From NCBI GenBank assembly GCA_050084515.1, contig CM114271.1:13578001-13642000 (forward strand): 64,000 nt of DNA. Reading direction: 5' to 3'. This DNA is from Blasia pusilla (lineage: Eukaryota). The position numbers were made by a program, and so were the translations under genes. Below the pieces are notes generated by a model. The model saw only the letters and a list, made by a program, of their open reading frames with translations. It was not told the DNA's origin and searched no databases. This document shows, piece after piece, positions 1-12,963 of this stretch (position 1 is the stretch's first letter; each line of letters opens with the position of its first letter).

Positions 1-1482
1 TCTCGAGTACTGTAGACTTTGCTCAAAAGGCAACCATGTCTCATAAACTGTAGACTCTACTCAAAAAGTTCTCTCAGAAAACAATAGTAGACATTCCGCC
101 TACTTGCGGAGTGCACTTAGAGGAATAGTCGCTCTAGTTGTGGACGACTCCCTAGACACTCCACAACCAAGCACGACCTACACATGAGCAAAGCTCATTC
201 ACATGTCCTAGCCGCATAGGGACAGAAATTGACCCGAATCCAAAAGTAGGCGCGGAACCATCCTCGGAAGCGCATAGTGCTGGAACGTCCTCCCCCTCCT
301 AGTCACACAAGAACAAAAATCTACCCAAATCTAAAAGTAGGCGCGGAACCATCCTCAGAAGCGCAGAGTGTAGAAAGCAAGATTGTAGAGCAGAAAACAG
401 AGTCGGTACTGGCAGAAGATAGAGTCTCAAGGAACTGTCAATCGCCAGAAGACGAAAACGGGAGCGCGGACAAACACAAGAGCAGGATGCTCTCCCCACT
501 CAAAAACCAACATGGAAAGAGAACGTTTTAGGAGCGGAAAACACTCAAGCACCAGACATGAGAAAAAAACCACGGGCCGCTCTCCCGCTCACGAGGGCAA
601 TCGCGTCCGAAACAGGTTCTGGCCTTGGAGCGCAAACGAACAGAACAAGATGCCCACGGACGCATACAAGCGGAAATGGAGCAAGAACAAGAGACAAATG
701 CCAGAGGCGGAGCAACGCAGGAGTGCGGAGGTGCGAATCTGCACTGGCCGAGCAACGCGGGAGTAGCGAAGTGCAGGAGGAGCGAGGGACGAGCACGAAT
801 GAGGGCGCGCTCACAAATGACAAAAATGGGATGGGATGGGGGATAGACGACAAAGGGTTTGGGTCGAGGGTGCTCGACTTGCGCCTTGGGCCATTGGATC
901 AAAGATTTAACGGCCAGGATCGTCCGACCCGTTGGATGTGGGGGGCCATTAGATCGGGCCGCACGATCTGGGGAGGCGGCAATGGTGGGAGGGTTGGGCG
1001 GGGTTTTAGGTTAGGCATAGGTTCGGGTGGGTGAACCTAGGCTTATGGCCCGAACCTAGCCAATTAATATTAATTATTTTTATTTAAACTAGTATTTTTA
1101 TTTTTAAAAAGAAATTGGTTTTTCTCTCTAGGACTAATTTTCTCACTACCACTGTTTTTTCTCACTACCACTAATTTTCCCCTTTTTATTCTTCTACTAA
1201 GAAATTCTAACAAACTTATTTTCTTTCCCATTTTCCCCTTTAGGGTTTTCATCAAACTCTATTGTAAGAATAAAAGAAATTAGATTTGTTTTCTCTACTA
1301 CTAATTTACCTTCTTATTATTTACCCTATTCTTTTCTCTTTCATATTTTTTTTAAATTAAAAAAATGGGCATCTATCCTCTATCCTCCAAATTTATGATT
1401 TATTTTTTTGTGTATACACTTTAATTTCATCTATCTCTTTAACCTTTAACCCTAATTAATAGTTCCGTGTTGTATGTTGAAG

Positions 1483-4400
1483 ATGGTGACTTCTAGTGGA
1501 TTATTACCGAACGTGGAGAGACGACCATTTGGTGTCATCACAAATATACCGCAAATTTCAGAGAGACAAATTGAAGTACTGAAGAACACCTCTACAATGT
1601 AAGTATGCAGCTTGCACTACTTATTCGATGTATAAACATATTTTCAAAAATGATCTTTTTTAATCATGCAATTCCTGCAATTGTTGCACAGACTTCCTAT
1701 CCCATTAAATCCTACAAATTTACGTGACTTCCAAAAATTGATGTGTGTGAACGCACAATCAAAAAGGCGTGCACGTCGCAAGGAAATCCTAGCACAACAT
1801 ACACAGTTTAAAGATTAACTCCACCCGGAAACATCTCCAACGTAAGTTCATTGCATTGAAAATCATTTAGCATGTCCAAATTCCCATCCTACATAATCTC
1901 TACTTCTAATTTTCTTTCCTCTTAACATTTTTGTGTTGTTTCAGACTTCCCATTCCATTGAATCATGTTGATATACGTGATTTTTGGAAGGTTCTCCACG
2001 ACGAAGCCCAAAAAAGAGAACGTGCTCTTCGCGCTAATAAAATGAAAGCTCTCAAAGAAAAAAAGAAGGACATATTATCGGGAGTATAGAAAAATAAGGA
2101 AGGCGAATCATGTTTAAGTTGCGCCTATGTTGGTGGTTGAAAGGATTGCAACTACTCCAAATGAGGAGGTTTTGACTATTGGTAGTCAATTCATAAGGTA
2201 TATATATAAGTATTCATAAGTCAACTCAAAATCTTTCTTTCTTTGATGGGTGTCTATTCTTTATAACATGTGGATAATTTTTCAGGCCTTTTAATGAGGA
2301 TGGAGTAATGCTAGGAGAAAGTTAAGAAGTTCATCTTCGATCGACAGAGTGTATATCACCAAGACTTGAGTTGGTTGACAGTGCATTCGAAGAAGTGCAT
2401 GGGAATACATCCATAATAGGGCCAACTACTTATATCACAACATGAGTTGAGTTACCTACTACTCTTCCTATTTTGGTTGAACCTGAAGTTGTCAACAATT
2501 CTTCAACTCTTCCCCAACTCGAGGATGAAGTAAGGTCAAGAGTAGATGACGTGTCTTCTAATGGAGTTGTGTTATCTCCCGAAAGAATTCGTCCAGAGTC
2601 TACTGTTAATAGGGTTGTAAGATTAAATACATTACTCAATCTTGCCAGGAGACCAAATTTCCAAGAAAGTGATATTAGGAAGTTGCGATTACAAAGGAGT
2701 TTGAATTGTACCAACGGTTGTCATACATTAGGTTGTATGAGAGAGATATGTCCCTCATGTCGGGCTCTGCATTGAAAATGTGAAATGGTCAAAGGTACAA
2801 AGTTTAGTGACTCACCATATGGCATGTGTTGTGGCCATGGGAGAATACATTTATCCCTCTTGAAATCGTCTCCTCCATTTTTGAAATCCTTGATTTCGGG
2901 TGTTGGTCCAAGAAGTCTTCATTTTCTTACACATGCGCAAGCTTACAAGTGTGCACTTCAACTTGCATATTTTCAACTTCAAACACAGATTAGAGAAGAG
3001 GATGACAATCACTTATTGCGGTTTGATCGACTTACTCAAGAATATATGGTTGACCTCTATGCCACTGGGGAGATGCAACGATGATCATGGATTTGATTAA
3101 ATCAAAAGGAGTTAAGGGCCGAATTATATCAAGGTGTAAAGGCTGCCATGCATCGACAAGATGTGGATAGTCAAAGGTTTGGGAGACGCATAATATTACC
3201 TTCTTCCTTACTGGTGGGCCACATCATATGCATCAAATATATCAGGATGCAATGGCAATCGGAAGATATTTGGGGGAGCCTGACTACTTTTTGATCATGA
3301 CATGCAATCCAAAGTAGGAGGAGATTACATCCGCTTTATTACCTAGCCAATCTGCTATGGATCGAATAGATTTGGTTGTGCATGTTTTGGAGAAGAAAAA
3401 AAAGGAGTTGTTACGACTTATCGTCAAGAAGCAAATATTGGATCGAGTTGCAAGGTGCATCCATGTGGTGGAATTCCAAAAACAAGGTTTGCCACATGTG
3501 CACGTTCTTATTATTTTAGGTCGTGAGGATAAACCACGTACTACTTATGATTATGATCGTATTATTTTAGCAAAAATCCTTGATCAATCTACCCATCCAA
3601 GGTTGTTTTCTACCGTTGCTAATTGCATGGTCCATGGATCATATGGACCATTAAATCCAAATGCACCATGTATTGATAAGGAAACAAAGAAGTGTACAAA
3701 AGACTATCCTAAAGCTTTTGCGTCCAACATTGTAGAGACAGAAGATGGCTAGCCGATCTATCGTAGATTGGAGAATGGGAGGGCGATAATTAAGGGAGAA
3801 CATTCATTGGACAATCGTTGGGTCGTGCCTTATAATCCTATGTTATGCATCCTCTTCGATTGTCACATTAATTTGGAAATCACGAATAGTGTTTCTCCCG
3901 TCAAGTACTTATACAAATATGTTTATAAGGGCTCTGATGCTGTGTCATTTAAGTTGTTAAAGGATATGGGTACATCCAACACAATTGACGTTATTGACGA
4001 GACAACGTCATATCTTGATTCGAAGTATGCTTCTTGTAATTGATTGTTCTGATGTTTCATTATTTTCTAGGAACTTCATTTCATTCTTCTTACTCTACTA
4101 CTTGGAATTTTTATTTTTGCAGATATATATCTCTTTCATAGGTGAAGGAGAACGTCATTGGTTGAGATTGCTCCTCCATCATGTTCGAGAAGCAACTACA
4201 TACGAATGCTTAAGAAGTATTCAAGGGGTATTATGTCCAACATTCAAAGAAGCTCGTATTCAACTAGGACTTCTTGAGGATGATACGGAAGTGTTCTCTT
4301 GCTTTGAAGAAGCTTCTATCATCCGTACAGGTTCTTCACTTCACTGTCTATTTGCAATTATATTAGCGTATAACACACGTGCTCAACTTGCTACACTATG

Positions 4401-6309
4401 GAATCAATTCTTATTTCCATTGGTGGAAGATCTCTTATATGAATGACGTCAAGTAAGAATTCATCAATACCACTTCTTATATCATTTGTTTTCATTCTAA
4501 TAGTGTCTTCTATGGAGCATTCAATATACTAACCATAATTTTGACCTCTTCCGAAACTTTTCCATTGCAAAAAATAGGGATTCCTAATCTTCGAGTTGAT
4601 GATGGGATTGTTAATACTGTATTGTTGGAAGTCCATTACTATCTACAAGATCAAGGAAAGAGATTTTATGACTTTCCATACATGCCCCAAGCTAATTTCG
4701 AAAGCCTCCATTCACAATCCTATCTGGAGAAACAAGAGCTATTATATGATACTGAAGAATTATTTGAGCGAGTGCAATTGGGAGAAGCGTGTCTACATGA
4801 AGGACAACGTATTATTTGGGACGCTATACATGATGAGCTTGATCAAATATGCGTGAATGCTCCACCATCTCCAAAAGTGTTTTTCATCGATGGTCCACGT
4901 GGAATGGGAATTCTTTTTTATATAACCTTCTCCTTGCAAGTGTTAAGAGTGCAAGAGGTATAGCTTTGGCTGTAGCGTCATCCGGGATAGTTGCTCTATT
5001 ATTAGACAGAGGACGAACTGCTCATTTGCGCTCCAAGATCCCCATCAATCTTCATGAAAACTCTACTTGCAAGTAAGTGCAAGTAGTATTTTTAATTAGC
5101 TCAAATTATGTTTCCTGAATAACATTCTATTAATACAAGTATTACAACTTCTAATTTAATTCCGGTTTTTTTTTTTTAGTTAAGTAGTTGATAGCGATAG
5201 AGCGCGCTTATTCCGTGATGCGATTCTCATTATATGGGATGAGGCACCTATGGCTCATCGTCATGCATTTGAGGCCGTGAATCAAACTTTACAAGATATT
5301 ATGGGAGTTGTTTTGGATGAAGACAATTGCCATTTGGTGGAAAATTGATGGTATTTGGTGGTGATTTTCAAGTTTTGCCTGTTGTTCGTCATGGGGATCG
5401 GCCGCAAATCATCCAAGCTACTATAAAGAGGTCATCTCTTTGGTCTAATGTAAAGGTAATGAAGTTGACAACAAATATGCGAGTTCAAAGGTTGGAAGGT
5501 CACTTGCGTAATAAACAACAAGCTTTTGGTGATTGATTGTTGGAAGTGGGAGAGGGTCGTATACCTTTGCACCCTCATATGGGAGAAGACTTTATACGAT
5601 TACCTTCTGAAATTGTTACTAAAAGTAACAAAATATGCGAACTTATTGATTTGATCTATGGCAATATTCCTAGTTGATTCCATGACATTGATTTCTTGAG
5701 AGATACAACAATTTTGACTTTGAGAAATAAAGACGTGGACTATATAAATGCAAGCGTTATGTCTCGGTTTCCTCGCAAAGTAATCTTTTTAACATGGGAA
5801 CTTTGTTTGAGAGAAGTTAAATTGAATTCGAGCGATAGATTACCTTTTCTCACCAATTCATTACATATTGTGTACACGAGCATATTTACCTCAACATCGA
5901 TTCTATTCCGAATGAGAGGATGAGTCGTATCTATCCAACTGAATTTTTGAACACATGCTTGCCTTCTGGACTCCCTCCACATCGGTTGTGTTTGAAGATT
6001 GGTGCACCAATCATGCTCTTACGGAACATGAATGGATCACACGGACAAGAAAACGGGACAAGATTGGAAATTCATTGCATCGATGCTGAAATTATCACTC
6101 GGAATAATTATTGGAGATCGAGTTTTTATTCCACTTGATTCGTTGGTTGGTACTGGTGGAAACGATGAACGTTCAAACAAGGAAGGTCACTACATACGAA
6201 ATGTATACAAAGAAATATTGGGATGAGATAAAATTTGAAGTCTAACCCACCTTTCCTATAGACTATCTTACTTCACCCATGGCACGGGCATGGGTGAAGT
6301 ATGAACGAG
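1483..6309 (+). mobile_element. Degenerate autonomous Helitron (intron-containing Rep/PIF1 helicase)
   Basis: N-terminal 'CCGHGRIHL' (2785-3084), 'RLTQEYMVDLY', Rep HUH motif 'EFQKQGLPHVH' (3357-3752), 'DNRWVVPYNP...KYLYKYVYKG' (3768-4043). PIF1 motifs 'FFIDGP', 'AVASSGIVALLL..GRTAH', 'IIWDEAPM', 'PFGGKLMVFGGDFQVLPV', 'GLPPHRLCLKIGAPIMLLRN'. Many stops and frameshifts. 13-bp hairpin at 6269-6301. The 5' boundary is uncertain. Confidence 0.92.
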
Positions 6310-7108
6310 TTGTTTGTGACTCGTGACTTCAGCCCCTCTCTCAACAACAGACCAACAGGAGGAGGATTTTCTTTAGAATTTTGTTTGTAACTATTTCCAT
6401 GGTGATCCAATCTTTTCAATTTAAGGCCCAATGTGTTCATCTTCTCAAGCTTGAACTTTGGGTTCTTCTTTTTTCCACTTAAGATTGAGATTTCCAAAGT
6501 TCTTGGGATCTTTGGACCTCCTTCTCTCCTAAATTTGCTCATAGATTCCTATATGCAATTTCAAACATAGCGCTCTCCTTATAGAGTGATACCAGCTTAC
6601 CATCGGTTTAACGGATTCCTCTTGCTTTTCTGGATCTTTTGATACGGGCTGGGCCCAACATTACGAACTCATTCCCTCATAGCGGTCATTGGTGGGTGCC
6701 TCACTTCCTCCCCCACATCCTCTTTTTTGGTGTTTCCAATTTCTTTCATAACTTTCTTCTCGAATGTCGGTTTTGGGCGTGTATGGGCTTGTTTTGATCG
6801 TCTTGACGAGCTCTTTCTTTCGATATCAAGTAGATTTTCTACTTTTTATTTCTTCTTTGTAGGCGCCTATTTTTGTGTACGGGTTTGTTTTAGGTCAATT
6901 CCTCCCAAAAGTCTTCCTTGCTCTTTCAACTCCTTACCTTATTGTTTCGCCCCTACATACGTTTAGAACATTAGAAATTCATATTCTTGAGCCACCTCTT
7001 CCGATACCATATCCATCACTTTTCCTTTTCAATTACTTTTTATATTTTTCTTATAGTAACTTTCAATTTTAAATTCGGTATTGCCTAATCTTCATCTCTC
7101 CACTACTT

Positions 7109-10100
7109 TTGCTTTGCTCATTATCCTCATGCTTTCTCCAAACCACGTTCCGGATGTCTTTTCTTATCTCCGGAGACTTGCCTACCTTTACTTCTATGTC
7201 ATCAGAGATGGAGTTGGATTCTCCATCTACTCGCTTATCTGGTTTTACACGCCCTCCTACAGCCGTAACCTCTCCCCCTGGTTCACCTCCTCATCGTCGA
7301 TCTCGCCATTTTCCTCCAGATGCTAATACACCCATTACACTCGCTACATTTCTTCCGGATTCTCCTCTTCTCCTTTCTTCGCCTTGTCCTATTGAGCCTA
7401 ATCCTGATCCATTATTACCAAATCCTTCTACTTTGCCATCCCCACATATCTCATCTATGCCCTTGCTTCCAACTCCCATCTATTCTACCCGAATCTCCCC
7501 TCTTCCTCCTCCTCCTTCCCCAACCTATTTACCCCCTCATTGTCGGCCATCACCACCTCTTGCACCTCCCATCTCCTCTCCTTGTAACCCTTATACTTCT
7601 CCATTTGTACCAAAGGTTCGTTGCATACCTTGTGGTAAGGACTTTGCTCCTAATGGGATCAAAAGACATCAGCGGTACTGTCGATCCATGCATGGGCCTT
7701 CAATCCCTAACCCGATACCAACTCCTACTGCACTCCCCATAACAACTGCTTGGACGTGGTTAAGCCAAATTGATCTCCTTCACTCTTTCCATCCAGGTCT
7801 TCATCGTCCTAGACTCTACACTCGCATTCCTATTGCTCTTCGCCCCATCACCCAACAAGCTTTGCTATTCCCATTAGAAAGGTTAGCGCGTGACCCCACA
7901 GATATAAATGCTTGGTATCTCCTATTACTCTTCCCGCAATGGGGTTTAGTCCTCCTCCAAGGGGGTGCAATGGGTCATCGTGAAACCTCCACACGTATTC
8001 AACGCTTTATGTCGGGATTGGGAGAATCTTGAGAATGAGCATGTACTTGAAAGCCGAGGCCTTAGCCGCGGCTCATGCCACTCAACATGCCAATCATGGG
8101 AGGCCTTCAATACAACAACGCCGACTAAGTCTACTATTGGGGCAGGTTGGTGAGTTTTCAAGTGCAGCTCGAGCATTGGGTCCTCTTTCTCCGGCGGTTC
8201 CAAGTGCGGAAACAGTGACTCTCTTAGAAGCTCTTCATCCTCCTTCAAGTGGCGATGCTCCATCTTTTGTGGAAGACTATAAATGACCTTGACTTGGAGC
8301 TTGACTTGGAGGTTTTCACTAGGCTTTTTTGCATACTCCTCGCTTATCGCCAAGCGGGCTATCGGGATGGTTTTGAGCATCTCGCGATTGCTTTATCCCA
8401 GCAGATTCAGCAAGTGGCTTTGTCTCTCTATATAAGGTGTGTGCACATATGGCGGCAGGTCGTCTCCCATTCTCTATCTCTAGGCTCTTAGGGGCTTGTC
8501 GTTTGTTGGCTATGGATAAGCCTCCTTCAGGTGTGCGCCCTTTGGCTATTGGAGAGGTTTTATACCGCTTGGTCAGTCGATCCCTATGCTTGCAATTTCG
8601 TCCTCACTTTAGTGCCCACTTATTTCCTCATCAATTTGGAGTGGCAACTCCTGGAGGTTGTGAGGCTGTGGTGCATGGGATTCGCTCCACTCTTGATATT
8701 CATCCAGATTGGGTAGCAATTCAAGTCGATGTGGCTAACGCATTCAATTCAATTTCTCGTGCGGCCATCTTTGAGGAATTATGTTGTGCAGGATGACAAC
8801 TCGCGAGCCTCATTCCATTTGTTCGCTCCTTCTATGCCTATGATACGCCCATTATCTATTCCCATCATGCTACTTCTGGGGAATATAGTATTCTCCAATC
8901 GGCTTGTGGCACACGTCAAGGTGATCCCATGGGAGGCCCACTCTTTGCCATTGCCCATTTTTGTGCCCTTCGAACATCAACGCAAGCATTTCCATCTTGT
9001 CTTTTTCCTTCTATTGCCGATGACACTCACATTTTAGGTCCTCCTTCTGAAGTGGTTCCTGCTTATACCCATTTCGTGGAGCAACTCTCTTTCTTAAAAC
9101 TTAAAGTCCAACCTAGTAAATGTGGAGTATGGTCTCCTTCATGCCTTCCCTCAACATTCACCCCACCTACTCCTGATTTTCCCATTTACATTGAAGGGGT
9201 TAGAGTTCTTGGGGTCCCAATTGGCTTCATCGACTATGTCTCAAAGTTCTTGGATGAGGCCCTTTTGAAAGACGTGGAATGACTTCATTTATTACCTCAT
9301 CTTGGGGATCCCCAAGTGGCTTATGGGATTCTCTCCCAATGTTTTCTTCGATGACCTTCCTATCTTCTTCGCACTTGTCCTCCCACTTCAAGCTTCTTAC
9401 ATTGGATGGCCTCTTTTGATGCTTCTATCTTGGCAACTTTTGGTCAACTTCTTGGCCCGAATACCTTTGAGGGAGAGGATGGTGTCTTTGCTTCACGACA
9501 AGCTATCATGCCTATTTCTTTTGGAGGGCTGGGACTATCCTCCACAGTCACATCTGCCCCCGCAGCCTTTTTGGGGAGTTGGGCGTTGGTAGCACCGATT
9601 ATGGCTTCAAGGTTTCTCCAAGGAGATACACCTATCTTGATGGATCATATCGCCCATGTCGAGGAGGGGGACTTGTTATTTCAACAACAACTAAGATCTG
9701 CACGAGCTCTTCTTCCTCTTGCTACACAAGCAATTCTACCCCCTTTCAGTCAACTAATTATAGAAGGGCTTGATCGACTTCAAGAGCATATCTCGAGAAT
9801 GCATCAAATCAACTTTTCCAAAGATTCTCTCAGAGGCATCCTCCGACGCTAATCGAGCTCGTCTCACGTTCATGTGCCGGGTACCGGAGCGGGAGCGTGG
9901 CTACCATCGCAAATCCTCTTATTCTTCCATTTCGTCTTCCTCAAGTATATTCTCGATGACTTTGCGGTTACGTCTTGGACTTCCCCATCCTTCTCTCTTA
10001 GGTGTGCCAAATTGTGTATGCGGGGATCCTATTGATGCCAAGGGTATCAATATTCTCCGATGTGCACATGGTGGAGAACGAACGGCCACACATGATGTCA

Positions 10101-10682
10101 TTAGAGAGGCGGTAGCATCGGTGGCTCAGACGGGCAGGATATACCGTTGGGCAAGAGCAACTCCACGTCCTACCTTCAACCACACAAGCAACCTCTCGTC
10201 AGAGAGTGGATCTTGTTATGTCTCGAGGTGGATTCCGGACACTAGGTGATGTGGTGGTTGCTGATCCAACACGTTCTGACTTGGTGTGTAGAGTTGCACA
10301 TACCAAAGGTTTGGCGGCCGAAGCTACAGCAAGAATCAAGGAGTTAAGTTATGCTGTGAGACATGCGACTGAGGGATTTAGTCCGTTTCCAATGGAAGTA
10401 TTCGGTCATTTACATGTGTCTTTTGATACTTTCCTGAAAACATGTGCTCACCACTGCCTCGAGAATCATCACCTTGCCCCTTCCCGTAGTCCTTCTCTCT
10501 CGGTAGTTACTACTTATTTTAGGCAATGCATCTCAGTGGCCTTACAACGTGCACAAGCCTTGGCATTAATACGTCGTGCGGAGGTGGTGGGAGGTCGCTC
10601 GCCTCGTTGTCCATTCACGTCTGACCAACCACTCATGTTCTTGTCAGATTTGTTTCAAGCAATCAATCGTGTTGCTCGTTGA
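7109..10682 (+). mobile_element. CRE-like non-LTR retrotransposon (single ORF: Zn finger, RT, CCHC, restriction-like endonuclease), frameshifted
   Basis: Zn finger 'CIPCGKDF...KRHQRYC'. RT motifs 'VRPLAIGEVLYRL', 'QFGV..PGGCEAVVH', 'DVANAFNSISR', 'QGDPMGGPLF', 'IADD', 'VLGVPIG'. Knuckle 'CVCG...ILRCAHGGERTATHD'. RLE 'VDLV...GDVVVADP...KELSY...PFPMEVFG'. No APE domain seen. Confidence 0.85.
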
Positions 10683-10934
10683 GCCGGTGTTTACGTGGGC
10701 TTGTTGCCATTTTCTTTTTGCATTCTTTTATGCATTTTTTTACTCCTCTTTTGAGTTGTTATTACCTTTCTTTGTCCTCTTTTGAGGTTTATTTTATAAT
10801 AAAGTGGTTTCTGTTTCCTAGTACCAAATATAATCATCTACCGCCTGACCTTCACAAATGATTGCACTTTTTATTATTTTATCCATTGCTCGTTTGAGAA
10901 TACCGGGCCCGCGTTCTTGTTGCTTTTAATGCAA

Positions 10935-11151
10935 CTAGTGAGAATGCCCGTGCGATGCACCGGCATCAAATTTTACACTAAAATAAATTTTAAATTTATT
11001 TTTAAGTAATAACATACGTCCAATTTCACACCCAACCTGCGTGCACTCAGATTCGAGCATACAACTTCCCAATCCTCTAGCCTTCAACCCACTTAACGTT
11101 CACACTTTGTCCACCATGGCGAGAGAGACGATATAGTCTCTACTTATAAGA
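10935..11151 (-). mobile_element. Helitron 3' terminus (possibly a ~217-bp non-autonomous Helitron)
   Basis: Minus strand reads atgccggtgc-atc-gcacgggcat (hairpin, 10944-10966) then tctcaCTAG|t (CTAG 10935-10938). A candidate 5' end a|TCttataagtagag lies at 11151, but that end is tentative. Confidence 0.6.
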
Positions 11152-11623
11152 TCCTATGTGATCCTCAGAAAAAAAGTTTGTAAATTAATGGCGTGCATGG
11201 GACTTTCTTGTGTTCAATCCAAAGGACTTCCACGAATACACTCTCCAACCAATGAAGAATATGACCCTCTCCAACCAATTTTCCCACCTTCGCCTGTCGC
11301 TCATAGAGTTGGAACCATGCTATCGAACCTGCTACCGCGCAACCAAAACACACAGGGCCGTCGCTCGGAAGACCCAATCAGTTGTGAGTAGACTTTCAGG
11401 TGCAGGAGTAATGAAATACATGTGTGCAAGAGGAGATGAACGTAAGGTCCAAAATTGTAGTCTCACAATTTAGAGAGGGATAGTTGCTAGAGAGGAAGTT
11501 AACTAAATCAGTAGTTGGTAATGACAATGGTAAAGCATGCACCGGACCGGAGAAGAGATAATTTTTGGCTCATAATTACGACAAGATCTGACTTGGCACC
11601 CACCAAGAAAATTTTGTTAGAAG

Positions 11624-12420
11624 CTAGGATAGGAAAAATGACAGCCCGATTGCATAGAAGCATTTTGTGCAATTGCGAATCCCATACTGGGTGACTGCAA
11701 AGTACATTTTACAAGAAACCACAATAAGGATCACCGTGGTGTCACACACATGGAACTTTACGTGCTTGAGTTGGCTCAACTGCTTCTTGAGCGCAGACGT
11801 ATTTCCTTGGCTGGCATTACAGTCGATATTGCTGGTGGGCACGAACTTGAATGTGGACTTGAAGTTGAAGAGAGCATCCATGATCATCTTGACAAAGAAG
11901 GGGGTCATCCACCAAAAGGTGGATTCATCCCGGTTCCGGCTCTCTACGCCTTGGGGCACCGTTAGCCACATGGACATCCATGCGAGGCGCTAGAGGATGA
12001 GGTTGTAAGCGAGGCCGGCGAAGAGTTGGCGACTTCCGAGGTCAGATTCGATTCGGAATCGACTTTGAAGATTAGAGAACTGCACATGGTTGAGACAAGT
12101 ATGACGTTCACAATGGAGAGGAAGTAATATCGTGAGTGCGTAGAGGACTTTGAGGTCAAAGTTGAGTTTGCTTTTCCTATCGACCATGACTTTCGATGTG
12201 GCTTGGGATTTCTGCATTAATTGCTCCTTGGCCCCATCTTGTGCGCTGCTTGATGTATCCTTCAAATGTCCACGGCGTAAGTCCGATTTGCAACTTCTCG
12301 CTTAGGTAGACTGATCTGAAGCCTTCCTTGACCAGAGCATAAGCGGTGGTGGTGTCTTCAGTGATCGATTGAGGTTGGAATCCGCCTATTGGGTTAAGAT
12401 GCTCCCGCAGAGCATGTAAG
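11624..12420 (-). pseudogene. GT2 processive glucan synthase C-terminal fragment (fungal/bacterial cellulose-synthase-like type)
   Basis: 'REHLNPIGGFQPQSITEDTTTAYAL...GLTPWTFEGYIKQRTRWGQG' contains the TED and QxxRW motifs. It is followed by hydrophobic segments and an 'FKFVPT' motif. Frameshifted; the N-terminal half was not found. Confidence 0.8.
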
Positions 12421-12963
12421 AAATGCACAGAGCTGAAAATTCATAGCTATAGACATCGTTCTCCGATCGTTCCATCAATATGAGCCCCAATGTCTGTCGA
12501 GCGTTCAGAAACTGTGAGGAGGGTTGTTTGCACAATGCTTCATATTCTTGTTCACGCTAATTATGAGTTGATTGCGTGAATTAAACCAATTCATCTCTTG
12601 GTTAGCCTTCCACTGACCAGATTGCATGTTACAAGTTGAACCCAAGAGCAACCTCGAAATCTTGCTCATTTTTCTAAGATCGGCTATGACGAGCAACTCA
12701 ACAGTCCAAAGAACCTTGCGTTCACAATTTTTCTCCTCAGAGATCAATTCATCTCACTGAGAGAGAGAGGACTACATGTTCAAAAGTTGGGATTGCAAGT
12801 ATTCGGAAGCTTTTCTTTGACAGAAACTGTAGTTTTAACTGTGGTTCGCGAGTGAGAAGACCATGGATGGAGGAGTTTGTTCGGAGGGATGAAGAGGAGT
12901 GTGTTCGGATGCAGTTTTGTTGTCTCACTCGTGTTTGTTAACAGGACGGATCGATCCTAAAGC

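Noticed and set aside
229-1034. Overlapping GC-rich ORFs and a ~50-bp direct repeat (~235-285 and ~325-375)
   Set aside because: No recognisable protein motif. Probably TE non-coding sequence cut by the window edge; two copies do not make an array.
6640-6720. 'ggctgggcccaacattacga' resembling part of an HDV-like ribozyme upstream of the CRE-like element
   Set aside because: I could not build the P1/P2/P3 nested pseudoknot by eye; a covariance-model search would be needed.
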